This document shows positions 17,245 to 25,389 of a stretch of 39,138 bases of DNA, piece after piece (the first letter of the stretch is position 1; each line of letters begins with the position of its first letter). The notes under the pieces are model-generated. The model saw only the letters and a program-made list of their open reading frames with translations, was not told the origin of the DNA and searched no databases. The stretch is taken from the NCBI GenBank assembly GCA_020630225.1, contig JAHDBS010000004.1, positions 1 to 39,138 of the forward strand, read 5' to 3'. The translations under genes were made by a program, and so were the position numbers. The stretch is from Anaerolineales bacterium (GTDB lineage: Bacteria; Chloroflexota; Anaerolineae; Anaerolineales; UBA6668).

Positions 17245-17969
17245 GCGCTGGCCGATTCTTTGTTTCTCCCGACATGATCCATAGCGATCACGTTAGCCTG
17301 GATGCTGACATTGTGCGCCAACTTCGAAGCGTCCTGCGCATGCAAGTTGGCGATACCTGCACCTTACTAGATGGCTCTGGATGGGAATATACAGTCAAGC
17401 TTACTGAGCTTAGCAAAACCAGTGGTACAGGTACCATTGTTGACCGTGCTGAAAACCCAAACGAACCAGCGTTACACCTCACTTTGCTTCAAGGGGTGCT
17501 GAAGAAAGACAAATTCGAATGGATTTTGCAAAAGGGAACAGAGTTAGGCGTGAGTGCTTTTACACCAGTGATTATGGAGCGCTCTATCCGCACGGAAGTC
17601 AAGCCAAAGCTCATGCAGCGCTGGCAGAAAATTGTGCGTGAGGCCGCTGAACAATGTCGGCGTGGCAAATTACCCATCATTCATACCCCAATTGATTTTG
17701 AAACAGCGTTGGAAACGCTCACAGATTTCGACACAACGCTCTTACCTTGGGTGCAAGAAAATAGCAAAACAATAGGCGATCTACAGCACCTTGGGACATC
17801 AGCAGCGATTCTAATTGGCCCCGAAGGCGGATTCGCGCTACATGAAGTGCAAGCAGCAATCGATAAAGGTGCGCAACCAATTACGCTTGGAAAGCGAATT
17901 CTGCGAGCAGAAACGGCGTCAATAGCAACATGCACATTGGCACTTGCCAAAGGAGGTGACCTTGGCTAA
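17241..17969 (+). CDS. rsmE: 16S rRNA (uracil1498-N3)-methyltransferase RsmE
   Basis: 242-aa ORF with an ATGA overlap on the preceding gene. SPOUT-class RsmE motifs [23 protein letters not shown] and LIGPEGGF. Confidence 0.9.
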   Translation: MSAGRFFVSPDMIHSDHVSLDADIVRQLRSVLRMQVGDTCTLLDGSGWEYTVKLTELSKTSGTGTIVDRAENPNEPALHLTLLQGVLKKDKFEWILQKGTELGVSAFTPVIMERSIRTEVKPKLMQRWQKIVREAAEQCRRGKLPIIHTPIDFETALETLTDFDTTLLPWVQENSKTIGDLQHLGTSAAILIGPEGGFALHEVQAAIDKGAQPITLGKRILRAETASIATCTLALAKGGDLG

Positions 17970-18657
17970 CGAAATCGAACCCAGTACGTTGTATCTCGTT
18001 GCAACACCAATTGGAAACCTTGGTGACATTACATTACGCGCCTTAGATATTCTCAAAGGGGTCAACATTGTCGCTTGCGAAGACACTCGTACAACTGGCC
18101 GCTTATTCAAACATTTTGGAATTGAAACACCAAAAACACCATTTCATGAACACAACAAAGATCGTGCGGCAGAAAAGCTAGTTGCACGGCTCGAAAGTGG
18201 TGAAAGTGTTGCGTTAGTCAGTGATGCAGGCACACCCGGTATTTCTGACCCTGCTTATGTACTCGTCCGAGAAGTTGTTGCAGCCGGCTTCAATGTTACT
18301 TCTGCGCCCGGTCCAACTGCAGTTATCCCAGCCCTAATTCTGTCGGGCTTACCTGTCCATTCATTCACGTTCCGGGGCTTTCCGCCACGCAAACCAGGCA
18401 AACGCAAACGGTTCTTAGAAATTGATATAGCCAGTCCGCATACATTACTGTTCTACGAAAGCCCGCATCGAATTGTGGCATTTTTAGAAAATGCGCTAGA
18501 AGTCTATGGTGATCGATCTGCAGCGGTGATTTGCGAGATCACCAAGAAGTTTGAAACTGTTGAACGCGGGTTACTAAGTGAGTTGATCTCTTGGGCTACA
18601 GAAGATGCTGATCTCCGCGGTGAGTTTGTCGTGGTAATTGAAGGAAATATAGCTTAG
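17962..18657 (+). CDS. rsmI: 16S rRNA (cytidine1402-2'-O)-methyltransferase RsmI
   Basis: TTG start 5 nt after AGGAGG (17951-17956), inside the rsmE 3' end (8-nt overlap). Motifs [36 protein letters not shown]. Confidence 0.9.
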   Translation: MANEIEPSTLYLVATPIGNLGDITLRALDILKGVNIVACEDTRTTGRLFKHFGIETPKTPFHEHNKDRAAEKLVARLESGESVALVSDAGTPGISDPAYVLVREVVAAGFNVTSAPGPTAVIPALILSGLPVHSFTFRGFPPRKPGKRKRFLEIDIASPHTLLFYESPHRIVAFLENALEVYGDRSAAVICEITKKFETVERGLLSELISWATEDADLRGEFVVVIEGNIA

Positions 18658-18668
18658 TCAGAATCAAA

Positions 18669-18692
18669 AGCGCCATGGAAATCCATGGCGCT
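18669..18692. terminator. Bidirectional hairpin between convergent rsmI and the phosphohexomutase gene
   Basis: AGCGCCATGG-AAAT-CCATGGCGCT (perfect 10-bp stem). TTTGATTC follows on the minus strand. Confidence 0.7.
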
Positions 18693-18707
18693 CTGTAAAG
18701 TTATGAC

Positions 18708-20165
18708 TTAGACCGTTGCTGCAATTTGCTCGCCGTAACCGAGTAACTCTTCTACGTTGCTTGCTGACAACCCTTCAGAGTAAACCCGCAGAACAGGCTC
18801 CGTCCCTGATGGCCGAATGAGCAACCATGAGTCATTGTCCATCACATATTTGACGCCATCCACTGTCACCACATCAGCAACTTTCATCGAGCCAATGGCA
18901 CTTGGGGCTTCATTCGACAGCCGCGCAACCATTTCCTTCTTGTTTACTGCTCGTGCCAAACGCATATCGCGCCGCTCATAGTGCATTGGCCCAAACTCTT
19001 TCAACAAATCTTCAATCAATTCATTGAATGGCATTTGGTAGTGCGCCAAAATTTCTAATAGCAGCAGTCCCATTAGCACGCCGTCACCTTCAGGAATATG
19101 CCCCTTGATGCTAATGCCACCTGACTCTTCGCCACCTAGCAAAACATCGCCTGACATCATATGGTCTGCAATGTAGTTGAAACCAACTGGGGTTTCGTAA
19201 ATATCAAGGCCGTATTTAGCAGCTTGGCGATTGAGCATCCGCGTGCTGGACACGGTTTTGACAATCGAGCCACTTAATCCTTTCTCAGCTACCAAGTAGC
19301 GTACGGCAACCGCCATGATTTTATGTGGATCTACAAAGTGACCTTGATTATCCATTGCGCCAGTCCGATCAGCATCGCCGTCTGTAATCAGCGCAATGTC
19401 TGCCCCTGTGCTGCTAACAGCGCCCACCGTCGCATGTAGATATTTCATAATCGGCTCAGGATGAATGCCCCCAAACCCTGGATTCAAATCACTACGAATT
19501 TCATGCACTTCAACGCCAGTACCAGCCAAAGAACCCTTGATATGCCCCCGACCAGAGCCATACATTGCATCTGCAACGACATGCATCCGGCGCGGGTATT
19601 TTCCAATCACATCAAAGTCAATGAGCTGCTGTAAATGACTGTAATATGGCGGCACAGGATTGAATGGCACAATCAATCCCATTTGGATCGCACGTTCGTA
19701 ATCCAACAAATTTGGGCCTTTTGCATTCAGTTCGTTTTTCTCAAGGAACCGTTCTACTTGCTTAGATTGACTTGGCAGAATGCTGCCTCCAAACGGCCCT
19801 TTGAGCTTGATCCCGTTATAACGAGGTGCGTTGTGAGACGCTGTTACCATCACAGCACCTGCAGCTTTGAGTTGTGTCACAGCATAAGAAATTGCTGGCG
19901 TTGGACAATCTGCATGTGCCAAATGCACTGTAATGCCGTTGGCCGCCAACACGCGCGCCACCTCTTTGGCATAAGCTCGTGACAGAAAACGGGTGTCATA
20001 GCCAATAACAAATTGATCTTGATTGCTATCTTTATATTTTTCAGTCAACCAAAGATCAGAATTAACTGCATCAGCGATCGCTTGCGCTAAGCGGCGAACA
20101 TTTGTAAATGTAAAAGTGTCAGAGATGACGGCACGCCAGCCATCTGTTCCGAATTTGATGCTCAT
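18708..20165 (-). CDS. Alpha-D-phosphohexomutase family protein (phosphoglucomutase/phosphomannomutase)
   Basis: 485-aa ORF. Phosphoserine loop TASHNAPRYNGIK, Mg site DGDADR, sugar loop GGEESGG. Confidence 0.9.
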   Translation of the reverse strand: MSIKFGTDGWRAVISDTFTFTNVRRLAQAIADAVNSDLWLTEKYKDSNQDQFVIGYDTRFLSRAYAKEVARVLAANGITVHLAHADCPTPAISYAVTQLKAAGAVMVTASHNAPRYNGIKLKGPFGGSILPSQSKQVERFLEKNELNAKGPNLLDYERAIQMGLIVPFNPVPPYYSHLQQLIDFDVIGKYPRRMHVVADAMYGSGRGHIKGSLAGTGVEVHEIRSDLNPGFGGIHPEPIMKYLHATVGAVSSTGADIALITDGDADRTGAMDNQGHFVDPHKIMAVAVRYLVAEKGLSGSIVKTVSSTRMLNRQAAKYGLDIYETPVGFNYIADHMMSGDVLLGGEESGGISIKGHIPEGDGVLMGLLLLEILAHYQMPFNELIEDLLKEFGPMHYERRDMRLARAVNKKEMVARLSNEAPSAIGSMKVADVVTVDGVKYVMDNDSWLLIRPSGTEPVLRVYSEGLSASNVEELLGYGEQIAATV

Positions 20166-20171
20166 AAATGG

Positions 20172-21473
20172 TTAGTTTTGTAGAGTTTGTAATTCTGCCG
20201 CAATGGCAACCATGGCTTCCGCAGCCGTCGCCTCGCCGGCAAGAATTTTATTGACTTCTTTTGTAATGACTGGCCCTAGCTCTTGAAGAGGCTCTGGCGG
20301 TGGAAACGAAACCCCATTGAAATAGATTTGCCGTACTAAGGTAACTGGCGCTTGCTCAGGCCACACCTTCGAGGCACTCTCGCGTAATGGGATGAAACCG
20401 CTATCCAAAGCCCATGCACCCAGTTGCTCAGGCGCAAGCAGATAATTCAACAGCTCAGTTGCTCCAAGCTGTTTGTCTGGTGCTTCACTTACAACGGCAT
20501 AGTGCCAAGTATCAACCAGTGCAGCGCTTGTACGCCCGGTCACTGTAGGCACTAACGTTGACCCTAAGTTCGTTACCTGATCATAGTTCGCAATAATTTG
20601 TTGCGTGTCAGTCACGTAGATACTTTCAGGGAACTCACGTTGGGCTTGCCAGACCGCTAATGGATCAGCATACGCCGTTGAAGACTGTGACACTAACCCA
20701 GCCAACGCTAACTCTTCAATACGCGTTAGCGTGAGTTCAAGCAATGCCATATCAATCGCATAAGGATCCTCAGCTGAGCCAATGACCCCGCCCGCAGTGT
20801 AATACATAGAGAACACCGTCAAGGCCTGATTGTCTGCCCCAGGGAACACAAACGATGTTTCATTTTCCACAAGATCATCAAGCTCAACAGGCCGGTAGTC
20901 AACCGCAACGCTGTCATACGCGCTGATATACGCTCGTCCTGCAAAAGGAATACCAACAATGGTTTCTTCATAGACAACGTCATTCATCAACGCTTCCATG
21001 ACATCATTCGGCATCTCAAGATCCGCCAACAACTCTAGCGGCTGCAAACTACCATCGCGCGCAGCCAATTGCAGATTACGCGTTCCCAATGCAACTACAT
21101 CCGGCAGATTATTTGGCGCTGCGGCCGCTGCATTACGCAGCGAATCAAGCATGCCTCCAGAGCCTGTTGCGCGTTTCACCCGCAATTCAACCGAATAAGC
21201 CGGATTCTGTGTTTCAAATGCTTCAATTTGTTGTAACAACAACGACTCATTGCTGGCATCTGGCATTTCAAATAATGCCGCATCTACCCAAATAAGGATT
21301 GGAATCGTTTGGTCAACTTCCGGCAAGACTTCCAGAGTAGGCACAACTAGCGTTTCAACAGCGTTTGGTTCCGCTGTTGTTGAAACTGGCTGGACGGGGT
21401 CTACTGTTGCAGGCGCAAAGGTAGAACATCCAGCAATGAAAAGGGCAATAAGGCTAAGGAGCAAATAACGCAT
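20172..21473 (-). CDS. ABC transporter substrate-binding lipoprotein (family 1, sugar-type; assignment tentative)
   Basis: Start moved to MRYLLLSLIALFIAGC (lipobox IAGC) at 21473. About 430 aa of SBP-like size and composition. 6 nt upstream of the phosphohexomutase gene. No permease or ATPase genes nearby. Confidence 0.6.
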   Translation of the reverse strand: MRYLLLSLIALFIAGCSTFAPATVDPVQPVSTTAEPNAVETLVVPTLEVLPEVDQTIPILIWVDAALFEMPDASNESLLLQQIEAFETQNPAYSVELRVKRATGSGGMLDSLRNAAAAAPNNLPDVVALGTRNLQLAARDGSLQPLELLADLEMPNDVMEALMNDVVYEETIVGIPFAGRAYISAYDSVAVDYRPVELDDLVENETSFVFPGADNQALTVFSMYYTAGGVIGSAEDPYAIDMALLELTLTRIEELALAGLVSQSSTAYADPLAVWQAQREFPESIYVTDTQQIIANYDQVTNLGSTLVPTVTGRTSAALVDTWHYAVVSEAPDKQLGATELLNYLLAPEQLGAWALDSGFIPLRESASKVWPEQAPVTLVRQIYFNGVSFPPPEPLQELGPVITKEVNKILAGEATAAEAMVAIAAELQTLQN

Positions 21474-21506
21474 AGCGGCGCGATTATAGCAGTCGCGTTC
21501 TTTAGA

Positions 21507-21535
21507 TTGACAGTAACCAAGGCCAGATATACGAT
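21507..21535 (+). promoter_or_regulatory. Sigma70-type promoter TTGACA-17-TACGAT placing the TSS at or 1 nt before the xseA ATG (leaderless)
   Basis: TTGACA 21507-21512, 17-nt spacer, TACGAT 21530-21535, then 7 nt to ATG 21543. No SD. Confidence 0.55.
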
Positions 21536-21542
21536 TGCAGCA

Positions 21543-22745
21543 ATGAGCCAAGATTGGACTGTCATTGATTTGACAAATTACCTCAAAAATATACTTGAAA
21601 CCGATTACCGCTTACAAGATGTGACCGTTTCTGGTGAGCTTTCCAATGTCTCGCGACCAAGGTCAGGGCATATTTACTTCACACTCAAAGATGCTAAGGC
21701 CACATTGCAATGTGTAATGTGGCGTTCGACTGCAGCCCGACTTGCCTATACCCCACGCGATGGCGACGAGGTCAAAGTTCACGGCAAAATTAGCGTTTAT
21801 GCTGCAAGTGGACGCTATCAGTTGTATGCAGACCGCATGCAACTCGCCGGAGCAGGCAACTTATATTTAGAATTTGAAGCCCTCAAGCGTCGTTTAGCTG
21901 CCACTGGTCTCTTCGATGCTGAACGAAAGCGGCCACTGCCACAATTTCCAAGCAAAATTGCACTCGTAACATCACCGTCTGGTGCTGCTGTGCGGGATAT
22001 GCTTAACGTGCTACAGCGGCGCTGGCCATTGGCCGAGGTCATACTTTCTCCAACCTTGGTGCAAGGTGATGCCGCAGCAAAGCAGATTATTCAAGCAATG
22101 CAACGTGCCAATGCAGAAAACCCAGATGTAATTTTGCTGGCACGTGGTGGCGGAGCAATTGAAGATCTTTGGTGTTTCAATGATGAACAGCTAGCACTAA
22201 GCATTGCCAACTCCCCCGCGCCAGTCATTAGCGGCGTCGGGCATGAAACTGACTTTACAATTGCAGACTTTGTCGCAGACCAACGGGCACCAACGCCATC
22301 TGCCGCAGCCGAGCTTGCCACGCCTAACCATCAGGACTTACGCTTAGCACTTGATCAGCAAGTAGAGTCCATGCAACGCATCTTAATAGATCAGCTTGAG
22401 CGCCGCCGCCTTGAACTTCGCAGCGAAGATGCACGTCTACAAGCATTTGCACCGCACCAACTGCTGGCCTATTCACGAGAGCAAGTAAACGAACTAAGCA
22501 GACGACTTAGCGCTGCGACAAATAACACAATCAAATTGGCGCGGCTAAATTTACAGCGTCATCACAACAATTTAGAAACACTTAGTCCAGTTCGCACCCT
22601 AGAACGTGGCTACGCAATTGTGCAGCGCACTTCGGACAACAGCATTATCCGAAATACAGCAGATGTTGAGGCAGCCGACACACTCGATATCCGACTAGCT
22701 GATGGTGCAATCCAAGTGACTGTTACAGACAAAAATAATTTATGA
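21543..22745 (+). CDS. xseA: Exodeoxyribonuclease VII large subunit
   Basis: In-frame ATG (M13 of the track ORF). OB-fold start VSGELSNVSRPRSGHIYFTLKD, then RGGGAIEDLWCFNDE and GHETDFTIADFVAD. Confidence 0.9.
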   Translation: MSQDWTVIDLTNYLKNILETDYRLQDVTVSGELSNVSRPRSGHIYFTLKDAKATLQCVMWRSTAARLAYTPRDGDEVKVHGKISVYAASGRYQLYADRMQLAGAGNLYLEFEALKRRLAATGLFDAERKRPLPQFPSKIALVTSPSGAAVRDMLNVLQRRWPLAEVILSPTLVQGDAAAKQIIQAMQRANAENPDVILLARGGGAIEDLWCFNDEQLALSIANSPAPVISGVGHETDFTIADFVADQRAPTPSAAAELATPNHQDLRLALDQQVESMQRILIDQLERRRLELRSEDARLQAFAPHQLLAYSREQVNELSRRLSAATNNTIKLARLNLQRHHNNLETLSPVRTLERGYAIVQRTSDNSIIRNTADVEAADTLDIRLADGAIQVTVTDKNNL

Positions 22746-22981
22746 CTTCTTCTACCGATACCTTAAGCTTTGAAGACGCACTCCGCGAGCTGGTAAGCAT
22801 TGTTGAAAAATTGGAAGCGGGGCAACTGCCGCTCAACGAAAACATCACACTGTATGAGCGCGGCCAGAAGCTAACCACACACTGCAATCAGCTTTTAGAT
22901 AATGCTGAAGTGCAAGTCCGCACCATTACCGACAACGACTCAACGGATATAACAAACGACACTGATCTCAAGTTATTTTGA
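22742..22981 (+). CDS. xseB: Exodeoxyribonuclease VII small subunit
   Basis: 79 aa with an ATGA overlap on xseA. SFEDALRELVSIVEKLEAGQLPLNENITLYERG is the typical XseB helix-turn-helix hairpin. Confidence 0.85.
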   Translation: MTSSTDTLSFEDALRELVSIVEKLEAGQLPLNENITLYERGQKLTTHCNQLLDNAEVQVRTITDNDSTDITNDTDLKLF

Positions 22982-23448
22982 TTCAAGATTTTCTTCTTAT
23001 TTTTCAAAATCATGCTCTCATTGCAGCTCTTGCAGTTTGGGCAATGGCACAGTTCGTTAAGCCTTTTGTGGCCTTAGTCACTCAAGGTACATGGCAATGG
23101 CACTTGATGTTAAGTTCAGGAGGAATGCCAAGCTCACACTCAGCATTGGTTGCCGGGCTAGCATGGGCACTGGGCTTACAAGACGGATTTGCAAGCTCAA
23201 GCTTTGCGATTGGCACTGTGCTCGCTATGGTCGTGATTTACGACTCTACGGGTGTGCGACGCGCAGCCGGAGAACAAGCCCGGCTCTTAAATTTGATCGT
23301 TGTAGATGACTTGTTACGGGGAAAATTTCCGCAGCAGCAACGCTTGCGGGAAATGTTAGGCCATACGCCCAAGCAAGCGTTATCGGGAACGTTATTTGGA
23401 ATTGGCGGCGCTTGGCTAGCATACTGGATCTTGCAACTCTACTTTTAG
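22978..23448 (+). CDS. Divergent PAP2 family membrane protein (DUF212; acid phosphatase/vanadium-haloperoxidase-related)
   Basis: 156 aa, TTG start overlapping the xseB stop (TTGA). Motifs GGMPSSHSALV and IYDSTGVRRAAGEQA. Confidence 0.75.
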   Translation: MIQDFLLIFQNHALIAALAVWAMAQFVKPFVALVTQGTWQWHLMLSSGGMPSSHSALVAGLAWALGLQDGFASSSFAIGTVLAMVVIYDSTGVRRAAGEQARLLNLIVVDDLLRGKFPQQQRLREMLGHTPKQALSGTLFGIGGAWLAYWILQLYF

Positions 23449-25022
23449 CCTGAACGACGCAATCGGCGCTGTACCATCCCTAGCACTTGCTGACCTTCAG
23501 GCATTCGGAGCAATAGCACCATTGCACCGAAAATAAGTGCCCCGACACCCATGCCAATTAAGCCATAGAAGCGTTGATCTACACCTATAAATAACAGCTG
23601 CAATCCCCATAGTCCAGCAGCCATTACGGCTGTTGCAATTCCGGTCTGGAATGCACCTGAGAACAGCTTAGAAAGCTGTAATCCTTCCAATTTAGGCCGC
23701 AATAGAACTAGCAAAACAATCATTTCTAAGGTTGTCGCAATGCTGTTCGCCAAGGCCAATGCCCCATGCGGCATCCAAGCGATCTGGTCAAATACGCGCA
23801 CCAGCCCAATGCTAAGGACAACATTCAACAGCATAGTCGCCACACCAATCCCAACTGGCGTACGGGTATCTTGCAATGCGTAAAATGCGCGCGTCACAAT
23901 TTCAACAACTCCGTGTGACACCAAGCCAACTGCATACCAAACTAATGCCCATGCCACCAAACGTGTTGAGGTCGCATCAAACTGACGATATTGAAAGAGC
24001 AACGCAATGATTGGCCGCCCTAGCATCACTAAGCCAACTGATGCTGGAATTGAAAGCAACAGCACTGAGCGTAAGCTCGCAACCAATGTCTGTCGCATCG
24101 CATCTTTATCATTCGCAGCGGCTTGTCGCGAAAACGTTGGAAACACTGCTGTAGCAATAGCCCTTGAAATAGCAGCCTGCGGGAATGTAAAAATCTGAAA
24201 GGCCATGCTTAATGCCGACAAACTACCCGTTGGCAGGCCAGTGGCAATAATTGTATTGACCCAAAAATTGATTTCCCAAACCGCTAAGCCCAACGTACGC
24301 GGCAACATCAGCCCAATAATATTGCGCAAATGAGGGTCACGAAAATTAATGCGTGGCCGTAGCTCAGGTTGATACTGGCGCAGCTTCGGTAATTGCAATA
24401 ACAAATGCCCGAGTGCCCCAAGCACAACCCCCCAGGCCAAACCATCAATTCCAAAACTAGGGACTAAGTAAATCGCCCCGACAATAATGCCCACGTTATA
24501 CGCAATCGGCGCAATTGCTGGCGCTAAGAAATGATCATGCGAGTGATGGATCCCCATAATCACACCACTTAGGCCAAAAATAACGGTACTAATCAGCATG
24601 ATCCGCATGAGGCGAGCTGACATTGCAATCAATTCAGGCTCGGCTGCCCAACCAGGTGCCAAAATATTTGCGAGCAATGGCTCCGCTAATGCGCCTGCTA
24701 AAAATGCTACTGTTGCTAGCACCATCAGCAGCAAGTTGATGACATGCGACGCCGTTCGCCAAGCGTCTTTATGATCGTCTTTGGCAAGCAACTCTGTAAA
24801 GACAGGGATAAATGCAGACCCCAATGCACCACCAGCAATAATGTTGAAGAGTAGGTCTGGAACGCGGAAAGCCGCAAAATAAGCATCTAATGCAGCAGAG
24901 GTGCCAAAAGTGCGATTAATAATCATTTGGCGGACTAAGCCAATCAGGTTATTAACAACAAATGCAGCCATAACAAGCGAGGCTGCACGAAAAATAGCGT
25001 TTCCAGTTTTTGAGGTCGTCAT
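23445..25022 (-). CDS. murJ: Lipid II flippase MurJ (MviN)
   Basis: 525-aa polytopic ORF. LDAYFAAFRVPDLLFNIIAGGALGSAFIPVF is the conserved MurJ N-terminal signature. Confidence 0.9.
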   Translation of the reverse strand: MTTSKTGNAIFRAASLVMAAFVVNNLIGLVRQMIINRTFGTSAALDAYFAAFRVPDLLFNIIAGGALGSAFIPVFTELLAKDDHKDAWRTASHVINLLLMVLATVAFLAGALAEPLLANILAPGWAAEPELIAMSARLMRIMLISTVIFGLSGVIMGIHHSHDHFLAPAIAPIAYNVGIIVGAIYLVPSFGIDGLAWGVVLGALGHLLLQLPKLRQYQPELRPRINFRDPHLRNIIGLMLPRTLGLAVWEINFWVNTIIATGLPTGSLSALSMAFQIFTFPQAAISRAIATAVFPTFSRQAAANDKDAMRQTLVASLRSVLLLSIPASVGLVMLGRPIIALLFQYRQFDATSTRLVAWALVWYAVGLVSHGVVEIVTRAFYALQDTRTPVGIGVATMLLNVVLSIGLVRVFDQIAWMPHGALALANSIATTLEMIVLLVLLRPKLEGLQLSKLFSGAFQTGIATAVMAAGLWGLQLLFIGVDQRFYGLIGMGVGALIFGAMVLLLRMPEGQQVLGMVQRRLRRSG

Positions 25023-25031
25023 CGCGGCGAG

Positions 25032-25057
25032 ATTTTAGCACTCATCTGTGTTGTCAA
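25032..25057 (-). promoter_or_regulatory. Candidate extended -10 promoter for murJ (TGCTAAAAT, 9 nt before the ATG)
   Basis: On the minus strand, TGcTAAAAT (25032-25040). TTGACA (25052-25057) is present but with only a 14-nt spacer. No SD, so the 5' UTR is predicted at about 3 nt. Confidence 0.35.
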
Positions 25058-25082
25058 AAAATTCGAAGGTGGGTTAAACGCC

Positions 25083-25110
25083 GAGAGCTGGACATATTTG
25101 TCCAGCTCTC
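25083..25110. promoter_or_regulatory. Perfect 12-bp-arm palindrome GAGAGCTGGACA-TATT-TGTCCAGCTCTC in the murJ/HK divergent intergenic region
   Basis: Read directly from the sequence. It is not downstream of any gene on either strand, so it is more likely an operator or RNA-structure element than a terminator. The structure is certain, the function unknown. Confidence 0.5.
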
Positions 25111-25180
25111 TCAAAAGGAGGAGAAGAAGAGACTTTTGCTAAACATAAGATAACAAAACTCCTGCATATACGCAGCACTC

Positions 25181-25207
25181 CCAACCTACGCCAAACCTAC
25201 GTCAAAC
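25181..25207. repeat. Direct repeat CCA(A)ACCTACG x2 plus a partial third unit, 11-bp period
   Basis: ACCTACG at 25184-25190 and 25195-25201 (CCAACCTACGCCAAACCTACGTCAAAC). Confidence 0.5.
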
Positions 25208-25247
25208 ACAATTCTCACAACATCGAAGGTTTACAAAATATGTAATA

Positions 25248-25278
25248 CTGAAAATCCAAAATGAATGTGAATTTTCAG
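25248..25278. repeat. Inverted repeat CTGAAAAT-15 nt-ATTTTCAG upstream of the first histidine kinase
   Basis: Perfect 8-bp arms read from the sequence, about 110 nt upstream of ATG 25390. Confidence 0.45.
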
Positions 25279-25389
25279 CGTAAAACACAAACTTTTTTCG
25301 CGAATTCAACAAAAAAAGACAATGGTCTTCAAATTCACGTTAGAAATGTATATTATGAAAAGGTAGAGTTCTGTTTACTCCCAACTTAG

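Noticed and set aside
21474-21551. Extended starts for the minus-strand SBP (21551) and for xseA (21507), which would make the two divergent genes overlap
   Set aside because: The internal start MRYLLLSLIALFIAGC gives a proper lipoprotein signal. ATG 21543 sits exactly 7 nt after a TTGACA-17-TACGAT promoter, and TTG 21507 is the -35 hexamer itself.
25113-25122. Strong SD-like AAAGGAGGAG suggesting a small gene after the palindrome
   Set aside because: The only start codon in range (TTG) opens a 5-codon frame ending in TAA. There is no plausible ORF.
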